DNA of 64,000 nt, from contig JAQGDQ010000468.1 of NCBI GenBank assembly GCA_030141605.1, positions 113,545 to 177,544 on the forward strand, given 5' to 3'. Position 1 is the stretch's first letter, and every line of letters starts with the position of its first letter. Positions 54,802-64,000 of the stretch are shown here, piece after piece. The position numbers were made by a program, and so were the translations under genes. This DNA is from Tubiluchus corallicola. Lineage: Eukaryota > Animalia > Priapulida. The notes below the pieces were generated by a model, which was given only the letters and a program-made list of their open reading frames with translations, made no database searches and was not told the DNA's origin.

Positions 54802-56151
54802 TTAAAATAAATCAGTAAATGTCGACATAACGCACCTAAAGCCAATATATGACTTTGATGTATCCTGGTACTCATAAGTTCGCGTCGACACCCGCAAAAA
54901 ATAAGATATATCTTTCCATGAGCCTCCCCTAACCACTTTTCTTTTCATTGACGGAGGATCATCTGGTAGTGCATTGTACTCAAAGGTGGGATTAAAATCA
55001 TGCATAAAAACATAAGACGACTCATCGTATGCAGAATTTGTCCACTCAGCAACATTACCAGCCATATCATACAGACCGTAACCATTCGGATCAAACATAC
55101 CAACCTCTAATGTAGCCAGCCCTCCATCTCCAGCGTAGCCTCCACGCATCGGCTTAAAATTGGCAAGAAAACATTTCGTTCGTGGCGAACGTATATAATA
55201 ACTTCCCCATGGGTAAATAGTAGTATTTTCCAACCCGCCTCTTGCAGCATACTCCCACTCTGCCTCGGAAGGCAATCTGTAATCCTGAATAAACGGAGCC
55301 CTTGACTGGGCAAGAGCCTCATTCCTGAGTTGAGTCCTCCAGTGACAAAAAGCCTTGGCTTGCTTCCACGAAACACCAACAACCGGATAATTATCAAATC
55401 CGGGATGAGAAAAATACTTCTTAACCCACGGATCATTGTATGAATATGTATAATCCCGACTCCAGCAAAGCGTATCAGGATAAATATGCACAGCATCCCT
55501 CATTATAAAACTCGAACGCCCCTCTATAGGAATCTCCTGCCCATTAAGATCAAACACCTTACCATCATAGCTTTGTGTCTCATAATTATATGCATTGGAG
55601 CGGAGAGCTGCCTGCTTAAAATCAAACCATGAATACTCATACCGGAGCTTGCGGTTGTCAAACTCTCTCCCACCAAACAGCTTATCATTATCAGAATAAT
55701 AAAGCTCCCCCAAAGCTTCATAATGTTCCTGATTATTCCAGGAAATCTTTTTCCGCCAGTTTATGCGGGGACGATCCAGGGGAATGCCTTTGCGATCCTC
55801 AGATATCAAAAATCCATCGATCTGCTCCCCAAGCAGAGTCCTTGCAATAGAGTCACGAACCCAATATACAAACTGTCGGTACTCACTATTTGTTATCTCC
55901 GTATCATCCATCCAAAAGGCATCAACAGAAACAGCCCTGACATGCATAGGAGAGTGAGTTATATCCTGGCCTCCGGCACCTATATTAAAAACACCTCTAG
56001 GCACATAGACCATTCCGTATGGAGGCTTTTCAACATAACTGCCCTTGCCTAAAGGCGAGCCCACCAACTCTCCACGCTTGGGAAAGCCACAACTGGTAAA
56101 ACAGAAAACCAGCATAATGCAACATGCTGTAATCAATAGTAGTTTTTTCAT
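54802..56151 (-). CDS. gldK: T9SS lipoprotein GldK (PorK), FGE-sulfatase domain
   Basis: MDDTEITNSEYRQFV, YPDTLCW, RLPSEAEWEYAARGG and YIGFRCV. Confidence 0.95.
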   Translation of the reverse strand: MKKLLLITACCIMLVFCFTSCGFPKRGELVGSPLGKGSYVEKPPYGMVYVPRGVFNIGAGGQDITHSPMHVRAVSVDAFWMDDTEITNSEYRQFVYWVRDSIARTLLGEQIDGFLISEDRKGIPLDRPRINWRKKISWNNQEHYEALGELYYSDNDKLFGGREFDNRKLRYEYSWFDFKQAALRSNAYNYETQSYDGKVFDLNGQEIPIEGRSSFIMRDAVHIYPDTLCWSRDYTYSYNDPWVKKYFSHPGFDNYPVVGVSWKQAKAFCHWRTQLRNEALAQSRAPFIQDYRLPSEAEWEYAARGGLENTTIYPWGSYYIRSPRTKCFLANFKPMRGGYAGDGGLATLEVGMFDPNGYGLYDMAGNVAEWTNSAYDESSYVFMHDFNPTFEYNALPDDPPSMKRKVVRGGSWKDISYFLRVSTRTYEYQDTSKSYIGFRCVMSTFTDLF

Positions 56152-56303
56152 TTTCTTTACCTAAAAAAAATAACAATGCGAATTAGTTCGCAGAACCTTC
56201 ATCGCTATAGTCAACTTAAATAAATATCGCACTTTTATATCTGCGCATATTTTATTTTTTCCAAAATTAAATAAAATAAACGAGATACAAAGCATTAGTC
56301 GGC

Positions 56304-57272
56304 TTAAAGAAACCTTACACTTTTATACTTATGTGCCCTTCTTTTTCCAAAATTAAACAAATAAGCGAGATACAACTCATGTGACCCCGAACTATGACTA
56401 GCCAAAGCAGAAGTGGTAATATCGTATGAATAACCAACCCTTACTCCACTTCTGAGCTCAATCCCCGCAAGCACTACAATCGCATCATCTAGCCGGTAGG
56501 TCAACCCTCCCCATATTCGGCCATCATAATACAGGTTAACATTAATATCAACTTGTGAACTCACCATATCCGTCTTAAAAAAAAATGACGGCTGTACCTC
56601 AAACAACGGATTAGTTAGTCCAATATTGTACCCCCCTGTAAAATAATAATGCCTTTTTACAAAATAATTTCCATTATCGTCGTACGAAAAAGAGGGCTGG
56701 GCTAAGTGTTTAACAGCAACTCCTGCGTACAATACTTCTTTTTCATAAAAAGCGCCAAAATTAAAATCTGCAGCAAACTGACTAATCTCCTGGCTAAACA
56801 GTAATGGATCATTGGCATCTACCATTTCATATCCCGCATCTTCTGTCCAACCAGGCTTCAACTTTTTGCTTAATATCCCTCCGGTAAAGCCTAGCCCAAG
56901 ATCCCCCCCCCAAGCCTTTACCCGCCATGCATAAGTCAGCCCCACAGCAATATTGCTTTCGTATCCAATCTCATCACCAATAACTGTTAGCCCAATCCCA
57001 TCATTCCCACTTATTAAATTAACTGTCGCATCAATATTAAATGCAGTAGTCACGGGTGCACCAGGGAAACCCAGCCACTGCCTCCTGTTAATTAAGGAGA
57101 CACGTACAGCATCGCCACTTCCTGCAAAGCCTGAATTCACTGTTTGATGATTCACCATGTTTTGGCTAAACTGCGGATCCTGCTGCGCCAGCACACAGTA
57201 ACACGCAGAAACTGAAAATAATAGCAAGGCAGTTTTTCGTATAGCGCTCTTTACACAGCCAGTATCCATCAA
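56304..57272 (-). CDS. porP: T9SS PorP/SprF family membrane protein
   Basis: QQDPQFSQ, RRQWLGFPGAP, GYSYDITTS and SHE; upstream of gldK. Confidence 0.9.
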   Translation of the reverse strand: MMDTGCVKSAIRKTALLLFSVSACYCVLAQQDPQFSQNMVNHQTVNSGFAGSGDAVRVSLINRRQWLGFPGAPVTTAFNIDATVNLISGNDGIGLTVIGDEIGYESNIAVGLTYAWRVKAWGGDLGLGFTGGILSKKLKPGWTEDAGYEMVDANDPLLFSQEISQFAADFNFGAFYEKEVLYAGVAVKHLAQPSFSYDDNGNYFVKRHYYFTGGYNIGLTNPLFEVQPSFFFKTDMVSSQVDINVNLYYDGRIWGGLTYRLDDAIVVLAGIELRSGVRVGYSYDITTSALASHSSGSHELYLAYLFNFGKRRAHKYKSVRFL

Positions 57273-57334
57273 TTATTTTTCGATTTCCTTACAACTGAAA
57301 ATAAATAGATATTTTTTATCCCCTAACTACTTAT

Positions 57335-57468
57335 AAAACCTTCGCAAGACCCCTCTTTTATTAAATACTTTCAACCAAAACCCTCTTAAAATCATCACCT
57401 GTGCCGACAAAGAGCTTCTCAATTGAACTTTTCTCGACCTGAACCAAATTTTTGCTCTGCAAGGTGTT
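57335..57468 (-). repeat. Dispersed MITE-like repeat, copy G (minus strand)
   Basis: Reverse complement CACCTTGCAGAGCAAAAATTTGGTTCAGGTCGAG ... TAATAAAAGAGGGGTCTTGCGAAGGTTTT. Confidence 0.65.
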
Positions 57469-57494
57469 AATTATACCTACTCTTAAAACTTATG

Positions 57495-58652
57495 TCAATC
57501 TTTGCTATCCACAGGCCCATACCTTCTCCACCACTTTTCCGGCATCTTATCCTTACAAGCCATCCTATAATCTTTCTCTGAACAGGCAATAAACTGTTGA
57601 GCCGCTCCACCCCTCTCTGCACTCCCCACACAACACTCCATCCACCACCGTTTTGAAATCTTATGCTGCAAAAATAGCACAGAATGCCCAAATTCCGCCG
57701 AAGCCACATGGTAATGGTTAAACTCAAGGCTGTCACATCCCGGATAGCTATCCTTTTTATTGGCTACCCCTTTCATATAGTACCACGCTGCCTGAGCGCA
57801 CAACATGGCTCCTGTTTTATGCATATCCTGCTTGGGAGAATACCCAAATATACCAAATATATTACTTAAAGGGCTTAACCCAGCATACCACGTCAGCTGG
57901 CAAAGCTCCTCCCCGCTCAGGCCACAGGGGGAAACTGTAACCTGTCCAGGAGCATCACACGCTCTCATTGCCGAATAATCAAGGCTAACAATACTAGCAT
58001 CTCTGAGTATAGGTTCACACTCAATTATATCATCACGTATAGATCCAAGCCTTATCACCTCTCCCGCCCGCTCATCAAAAATTTGCTCCAGGGGTTTATA
58101 ATCCATAAAATATGATTGACAAGCCATAATGCTCAACTCTACACCGGGAGGAATACTACTTATAAACCGCTTGTCCTTGGGGCACTCCTCCTCCTCTGAA
58201 TAATCAATCATATCGTCAATAGTCAACACATGCCTGCATGACAAGCCCTGTCCGGACACAAGAGGTAATGTTAGATCCTGGCTGCCACCAAGAACCAGCA
58301 CAGGCACGCTCTTCTGGGTCAACTCCTCACATACAACCCTGAGCGCTGCATATGTATCATTCAATGTCCGGCCCCTCTTCAGATTTCCCAAATCACAAAT
58401 CTCTATATCAGGATCAGGCACACTTAAACCATACAATAACGAGCGAATAGCATCAGGACCGTTATCAAAATCACTATGCTCCGACCCCCTGCTTTCGGGT
58501 ACCCCTAAAATCAATAACTTTGTAGACCCCTCATTGAAGTTGGCAAAACCTCTCTTTACCACCCTACCCAAAGTGTGAATACCATGAGGTAATTGATTTA
58601 CTACACCAGTGCCATCACAGGAAGATATCAGTTCCTCAACCATGCATAACAA
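57495..58652 (-). CDS. Arginase / formimidoylglutamase-family protein
   Basis: LGVPESRG, DLGNL..G, LGGSQDLT and SPCGLSGEELCQL motifs; adjacent to topA. Confidence 0.8.
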   Translation of the reverse strand: MLCMVEELISSCDGTGVVNQLPHGIHTLGRVVKRGFANFNEGSTKLLILGVPESRGSEHSDFDNGPDAIRSLLYGLSVPDPDIEICDLGNLKRGRTLNDTYAALRVVCEELTQKSVPVLVLGGSQDLTLPLVSGQGLSCRHVLTIDDMIDYSEEEECPKDKRFISSIPPGVELSIMACQSYFMDYKPLEQIFDERAGEVIRLGSIRDDIIECEPILRDASIVSLDYSAMRACDAPGQVTVSPCGLSGEELCQLTWYAGLSPLSNIFGIFGYSPKQDMHKTGAMLCAQAAWYYMKGVANKKDSYPGCDSLEFNHYHVASAEFGHSVLFLQHKISKRWWMECCVGSAERGGAAQQFIACSEKDYRMACKDKMPEKWWRRYGPVDSKD

Positions 58653-58731
58653 AATATACTAGTATCGATAAATATTTAAACAATAACTCTACAAAAAGGC
58701 ATTAAGAACCAAATAATAACATATCACCTGG

Positions 58732-61071
58732 CTACGATTTCCTCTTTGCGCCCCTTCGAGGTGCCGGCCCTTTATCAATTATCTTCTTGCAATCCTCAAG
58801 AGTAAGGCTCTCCGCATCGGTAGACTTCGGAATCTTATAATTCTTCTTGTCACAGGAAATATATGGACCCCATCGACCATGTAATATCTTTATCTCAGGA
58901 TCAACATCAAAAACCTTTATTATAGCTTTCCTGTCCTTTTCCCTTTTCTCCTCAATAAGCTCTATAGACCTATTTAAATCTATCGTAAAAGGATCATCCT
59001 CATCTTTCTTCAACGAAGTAAACTTACCGTCATGCCTGATATAAGGGCCAAAGCGCCCTATACCTATTACCACCTTCTTATCTTCGTACTCCCCAACTTC
59101 ACGTGGAAGCTTAAAAAGTTCAAGCGCCTCCTCAAGAGAAATAGTCTCAATGCTCTGCCCCGCACGCAAATTAGCAAGTCGCGGCTTCTCTTCCTCATCT
59201 TCCGAAATCTTCCCTAACTGGGCAAAAGCTCCATAGCGCCCTATTTTAACAGATACAGGCTTGCCGGTTACAGGATCTTCTCCCAAAACACGCTCACCTG
59301 TCGAGCGCTCGCCAACACTCAAAGCATTTTCTATTTTTTCGTGGAATGGATGATAAAACCTATCTATCATTTCATACCACACCATATTACCCATAGCTAT
59401 CTCATCAAACTCTTTCTCTACAGAAGCAGTAAAACTATAATCAACAATAGGAGCAAAATATTTCAACAAAAAATCATTCACTACCATGCCAACATCTGTT
59501 GGAAAAAGCTTGGCCTTTTCTGCACCCGTAACCTCTGACTTCTCCTTTTCCTTAATATCAGACTCACTAAGAGTTAACGAATAATATTTTCGCTCAACCC
59601 CCGGCCTATCCTCTTTAACAACATACTTGCGATGCTGGATAGTTGTAATAGTAGGGGCGTATGTAGACGGGCGCCCAATTCCCAACTCTTCCAGCTTGCG
59701 TACAAGGCTAGCCTCTGTATATCTCGAAGGCTTTTGGGAAAAGCGCTGATTTGCCTCTATAATAACTCGGCTCAACTCCTGAGAAATATTCAAAGGAGGC
59801 AGTAGACCACTCTTCTCCTCTGCACCAACATTATCATTATCAGAAGACTCGGAGTAAACACTTAAAAAGCCATCAAACTTTAGCACCTCCCCAACGGCAA
59901 CAAAAGTTTCATCCGAATTTGATATATTAATACTAACAGTTGTCTTTTCTAACTTTGCATCAGCCATCTGAGAAGCAACCGCACGCTTCCATATAAGGCG
60001 ATACAACCTCTGCTCCTGCGAAGTGCCACCAACCTGCTCTTGCCCAATATCCGTTGGACGAATAGCTTCATGCGCCTCCTGTGCACCTTTCGCTTTCGTT
60101 TTAAACTTGCGATATCTAAAATAGTTGCTGCCATATAACTCTTCCACCTTCTTTTTAGCAGCTTTCACTGCCAACTCCGAAAGGGTCGTAGAATCAGTAC
60201 GCATATAAGTTATCTTACCTGCCTCATACAGCTTTTGTGCAACAGACATGGTCATCCCAACAGGAAACCCAAGCTTTCTGCTTGCTTCCTGCTGAAGCGT
60301 AGATGTAATAAAAGGGGGAGAAGGCGACTTCTTTGATGGCTTTTTCACTATGTCGCTAACCTCAAACTTGGCACTCTTGCACTTCTCAAGGAAAGCACGA
60401 ACCTCATCTGCTGTACTAAAACGCTTTGAAAGCTCCGCTTTTAAAATTACAGCCTTCCCCTGACCATTATTTACATCAAACTCCGCAACCACACGAAAAG
60501 ATGACGTGCTCTTAAACCTGTTTATTTCCCGCTCTCTCTCAACAATTAAGCGCACCGCAACAGACTGAACACGACCAGCAGAAAGAGACGGCTTCACCTT
60601 TCGCCACAACACCGGTGATATCTCAAAACCAACAAGACGGTCAAGTACTCTGCGCGCCTGCTGCGCATCAACAAGATTCTTATTGAGCTGGCGAGGAGTC
60701 TTCACAGCATTTTGAATGGCATCTTTTGTGATCTCATGAAAAACAATACGATTAACCTTGCTTTCTTCTAAACCCAGCACCTCTGTAAGATGCCACGCAA
60801 TAGCCTCACCTTCACGGTCTTCATCAGATGCAAGCCATACCTTGACAGCAGACTTGGCAAGCTTCTTCAGCTCACTAACAACCTTTTTCTTATCACTGGG
60901 AACAATATAGCTTGGCTTATACTTATTCTTAATATCAACACCAAAACCCTTTTTATCAAGATCACGAATATGGCCAAAACTAGACTTTACTAAAAACCCA
61001 TCACCCAAAAACTTTTCTACTGTCTGTGCCTTTGCAGGCGACTCAACTATAACCAAATTATCTCCACTCAT
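58732..61071 (-). CDS. topA: DNA topoisomerase I
   Basis: IVESPAKA, DEDREGEAI, GRVQS, ITYMRTDS and GIGRPSTY motifs. Confidence 0.98.
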   Translation of the reverse strand: MSGDNLVIVESPAKAQTVEKFLGDGFLVKSSFGHIRDLDKKGFGVDIKNKYKPSYIVPSDKKKVVSELKKLAKSAVKVWLASDEDREGEAIAWHLTEVLGLEESKVNRIVFHEITKDAIQNAVKTPRQLNKNLVDAQQARRVLDRLVGFEISPVLWRKVKPSLSAGRVQSVAVRLIVEREREINRFKSTSSFRVVAEFDVNNGQGKAVILKAELSKRFSTADEVRAFLEKCKSAKFEVSDIVKKPSKKSPSPPFITSTLQQEASRKLGFPVGMTMSVAQKLYEAGKITYMRTDSTTLSELAVKAAKKKVEELYGSNYFRYRKFKTKAKGAQEAHEAIRPTDIGQEQVGGTSQEQRLYRLIWKRAVASQMADAKLEKTTVSINISNSDETFVAVGEVLKFDGFLSVYSESSDNDNVGAEEKSGLLPPLNISQELSRVIIEANQRFSQKPSRYTEASLVRKLEELGIGRPSTYAPTITTIQHRKYVVKEDRPGVERKYYSLTLSESDIKEKEKSEVTGAEKAKLFPTDVGMVVNDFLLKYFAPIVDYSFTASVEKEFDEIAMGNMVWYEMIDRFYHPFHEKIENALSVGERSTGERVLGEDPVTGKPVSVKIGRYGAFAQLGKISEDEEEKPRLANLRAGQSIETISLEEALELFKLPREVGEYEDKKVVIGIGRFGPYIRHDGKFTSLKKDEDDPFTIDLNRSIELIEEKREKDRKAIIKVFDVDPEIKILHGRWGPYISCDKKNYKIPKSTDAESLTLEDCKKIIDKGPAPRRGAKRKS

Positions 61072-61276
61072 CCTCTTTGATAATTTTAAATATTAAAACA
61101 AGTGCAACAAAAAATCTGGCAACAAAGTAAAGAAAATCAATTTCGATGATCAAAAAAAAATCAACGAATTGGTAAAGAATACTATTTTATATAAAAACTA
61201 CTTCTCAAAAAAACTTGCCTTTAGGCTTACAAAATAGCAATAAACACAACTAAAACAATGAAAACCAAATAATATA

Positions 61277-61419
61277 AACTCTCTTGCCAGGATAAAGAAC
61301 TTGGTACAAATAGAAGAAAAACTCGATGAAAAACAACCTCCTATCGGCACAAATGAAGATTTTGAAGAGGGTTTTAATGAAAATATAATCAATAAAAACA
61401 TGAATTTTGCAAATGGCTC
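61277..61419 (+). repeat. Dispersed MITE-like repeat, copy H
   Basis: TTGGTACAAATAGAAGAAAAACTCGATGAAAAAC ... GATTTTGAAGAGG ... AATAAAAACATGAATTTTGCAAATGGCTC. Confidence 0.7.
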
Positions 61420-61459
61420 TATTATATTTGTCTTGATAGTAACACTTTTAACGTATTAT

Positions 61460-61876
61460 ATGAAACATAAAATAAAACTTTCCTGGAAAGGGGATCTCTC
61501 CTTTGAAACAGAGGTAGACGGACATAAATTAATGCTGAACGGAGGTAGCGGAGTCGAAGAAAAAAGAGAAGGATGCCGCCCAAAACCATTAATGCTGGTA
61601 GCGCTTGCAGGATGTACAGCTATGGATGTAGTATCAATACTGAAAAAGATGCGGGTAGAGCTCCGGAATATTAATGTTAACGTTGATGGGGAACTAACTG
61701 AAGAGCATCCAAAACAGTATAAAAACATGCACATTACTTATGAGTTCTATGGCAAAGACCTCCCACAGGATAAACTCAAAAAAGCTGTCACACTATCACA
61801 GGAAACTTACTGTGGTGTTGGAGCACTGTATAAAAAAGCAATCCCGGTAACATCAACTATAGTAGTGAATCAGTAA
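61460..61876 (+). CDS. OsmC/YhfA family protein
   Basis: RPKPLMLVALAGCTAMDVVSIL and YCGV; probable ATG at 61460. Confidence 0.9.
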   Translation: MKHKIKLSWKGDLSFETEVDGHKLMLNGGSGVEEKREGCRPKPLMLVALAGCTAMDVVSILKKMRVELRNINVNVDGELTEEHPKQYKNMHITYEFYGKDLPQDKLKKAVTLSQETYCGVGALYKKAIPVTSTIVVNQ

Positions 61877-62008
61877 AAAACTCAATCACTATACAGGCAA
61901 AGCAATTGCCCGAATTCCCGGACATGCAACTCACTTAATAGCTTTTAGATTCTTGTCCCCTCTCCTGCTCAGGGGAAACAGGCATTCTAAGTTCTATACA
62001 TTAGCATT

Positions 62009-62147
62009 GAGAACCTTGCAAAACAAAAACCCTGGTTCAGATTGATGAAAAAATCGATGCAAAACATACAGCTTACTGCTGTAAATAAGACTATTGAAAA
62101 TAGTTCTGACAAAAAATATTAATAAAAATGAATCTTTCAAAAATCTC
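62009..62147 (+). repeat. Dispersed MITE-like repeat, copy I (both ends)
   Basis: GAGAACCTTGCAAAAC ... AAAAATATTAATAAAAATGAATCTTTCAAAAATCTC; ATT on both flanks. Confidence 0.75.
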
Positions 62148-62190
62148 ATTATGCCCATAATAACAATTGAAAATTAATTACAATATGCAG

Positions 62191-63411
62191 ATGAAATTAC
62201 AATCTCTCACATATCTGGCAAAACATATAAAAAACCTGCTTACTACATGTGCAATATTGCTTATGTCCGGCACTGTTCACGCGCAGTCAGAAGGTGGTGG
62301 AGGCATCTCCCTGCTTGAGCAAATTGCAAAAAACAATTCCATTATCTCGGCAGGCCAAAAGCATACAGAAGCAAAAAAATTGGAATCACGTGTGGGCATT
62401 ACACCACCAGACCCTGAAGTTGAATATGGGTACTTTCCGGGAAACAGTGACGAAGCTGGCACAAAAAAAACAATCTCCGTCGCTGGTACTTTCGATTTTC
62501 CTACTGTCTATACTGCACAAAAAAAGATAGCTAACCAGCAGGGAACCCGAGCCGATCTACAACAACAAGTACTGAGGCAGCAAATACTGCTTGAAGCTAC
62601 ACTATCTTATTACGAGCTGATATCACTGAAAAAACAGGAGCAATACCTGCTCGAACAAGTGGAAAACACCAGCAAAGCACACACGTTATTATCAAAAAAA
62701 ATGGAATTGGGGGAGAGTAATATTCTAGACATTAACAAAGCAAATATCCAGAAAGTACTATTAGAAAATCAGCTGACAATAGTGCTCTCAACCCAAAAAC
62801 AACTAATAGAAAAACTAAAATGGCTTAACGGAGGCAAAATGCCTGTTATTACCAGCTATGACTACATAAAAGCTAAACTGCCTTCAGCTGACTCACTATA
62901 CAAAGAAGTTCTCACCTTAAGCCCTGAGTTGAAAGCTGAAGCTATACAAAAAATAATTGCAAAAAACACTTTAAAACTATCAAAAGCGTCATGGATACCC
63001 AAGCTTATGGCAGGCTACGAAATGGAGTCAACCCCAGGAGAAAAATACAGTGGGCCAAAGATGGGTGTATCACTACCTCTGTGGGCTGGTAAGAATAGCG
63101 TAAAACATGCTAAAATCCAGCAAGAATATACCGCTGCCAACTACAGTAATATCTTGGACGAGGTGTACTTCACAGTGCTTAAACAGTGGCATCAAACGGG
63201 CGCTTTGGAGCAATCACTCCAAAACTACACGGCAAACATCAAATCTATGGACAACACACGCCTATTGCAACAATCTCTTGAACTGGGACAGATAACTGTT
63301 ATTGAATATTTCACCGAAATGAACTACTACCTCGATGCTTTTAAAAAATACCTGGAGACAGAAAAAGACTTTTTTATCTCTCTTGCTCAACTGCTAAAGC
63401 ACAGGTTATAA
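62191..63411 (+). CDS. TolC-family outer-membrane efflux protein
   Basis: Signal peptide; PDPEVEY, FDFPTVY, GVSLPLW and ELGQITVIEY; coiled-coil pattern. Confidence 0.85.
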   Translation: MKLQSLTYLAKHIKNLLTTCAILLMSGTVHAQSEGGGGISLLEQIAKNNSIISAGQKHTEAKKLESRVGITPPDPEVEYGYFPGNSDEAGTKKTISVAGTFDFPTVYTAQKKIANQQGTRADLQQQVLRQQILLEATLSYYELISLKKQEQYLLEQVENTSKAHTLLSKKMELGESNILDINKANIQKVLLENQLTIVLSTQKQLIEKLKWLNGGKMPVITSYDYIKAKLPSADSLYKEVLTLSPELKAEAIQKIIAKNTLKLSKASWIPKLMAGYEMESTPGEKYSGPKMGVSLPLWAGKNSVKHAKIQQEYTAANYSNILDEVYFTVLKQWHQTGALEQSLQNYTANIKSMDNTRLLQQSLELGQITVIEYFTEMNYYLDAFKKYLETEKDFFISLAQLLKHRL

Positions 63412-63444
63412 ACACTAACAATCCAACTACTTATATATATTATG

Positions 63445-63552
63445 ATGAGAAAAACTTATAGCACTAACAAGGAAAATTTGATGAAAAATTACAGCTTACT
63501 GATGTAAATGGTGGCTTTAACAAGAATAGAGGTGAGCTTTGCAAAAGATCTT
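63445..63552 (+). repeat. Dispersed MITE-like repeat, copy J (degenerate)
   Basis: GAAAATTTGATGAAAAATTACAGCTTACTGATGTAAAT ... GGTGAGCTTTGCAAAAGATCTT. Confidence 0.65.
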
Positions 63553-63640
63553 ATATATTGAAAAATTGGTTTTTACATATATCTTTGTAAAGCTTTTGCT
63601 TCAATGCAAAATTGAATTACTTTGAATTATTTAAAACTGA

Positions 63641-64000
63641 GTGACAACGCGAAAAAATATATATTTCGCATCTGATGTCCACCTTGTTGGAACATCACTG
63701 TCTGGTAGAGCCAGCAAACGTGAACTACTATTCACTAGCTGGTTAAATCAAATAAAAGACGATGCAGCGGCCATATTTTTGTTAGGAGACATTTTTGACT
63801 TCTGGATCGAGTATAAGAGTGTTATCCCTCGAGGATTTACTCGCTTACTTGGAAAAATTGCAGAAATTGTAGATAGCGACATACCTATTCATTTTTTTCG
63901 GGGCAACCATGATTTCTGGATATCAGACTATTTATCCGCAGAAATCGGCGCAATTGTACATGACAAGCCTTACGAAGTGGAATTAATGGGTAAGCGGTTT
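63641..64000 (+). CDS. lpxH: UDP-2,3-diacylglucosamine hydrolase (partial; runs off the window)
   Basis: Own translation from GTG 63641: IYFASDVHL ... LLGDIFDFWIEYKSVIPRGF ... GNHDFW. Confidence 0.85.
   Translation, partial: MTTRKNIYFASDVHLVGTSLSGRASKRELLFTSWLNQIKDDAAAIFLLGDIFDFWIEYKSVIPRGFTRLLGKIAEIVDSDIPIHFFRGNHDFWISDYLSAEIGAIVHDKPYEVELMGKRF

Overview
Bacteroidota chromosome segment (Bacteroidales/Marinilabiliales-like gene content) that shows signs of genome erosion. 1-1.2 kb: nested IS21/IS1182 remnants. 1.2-17.9 kb (minus): a SusC/SusD polysaccharide-utilisation locus with two GHL10 hydrolases, a metallophosphoesterase, a NAGPA-like phosphodiester glycosidase, DUF5009, an SGNH esterase and two internally deleted pseudogenes (GH20, sialate O-acetylesterase). 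18-27.7 kb: decayed accessory zone with two broken IS3 copies, IS256 and IS21 fragments, an intact IS4-superfamily element with TIR and TSD, a HAD-Nudix gene beside an attC-like site and an integron-integrase-like remnant, and ung; it ends at tRNA-Val(TAC). 28-64 kb: core genes (GH20, NagX, repeat-bearing putative porin, CE15, IS256, thrA-apgM-thrC, recA, bcp, bioBAF-DUF452-bioCD, T9SS porP-gldKLMN, arginase-family gene, topA, OsmC, TolC, lpxH) with strong strand compositional skew. Best leads: (i) a 132-aa leader ORF whose 3' end contains a terminator-like hairpin just before bioB, a candidate peptide-based attenuator of biotin synthesis; (ii) an unannotated ~135-bp degenerate MITE-like repeat with GAGACCTTTGCAAA-type ends, present in about 10 intergenic copies; (iii) a fossil integron-like unit. 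All calls come from reading the sequence and ORF track; no database searches were run.
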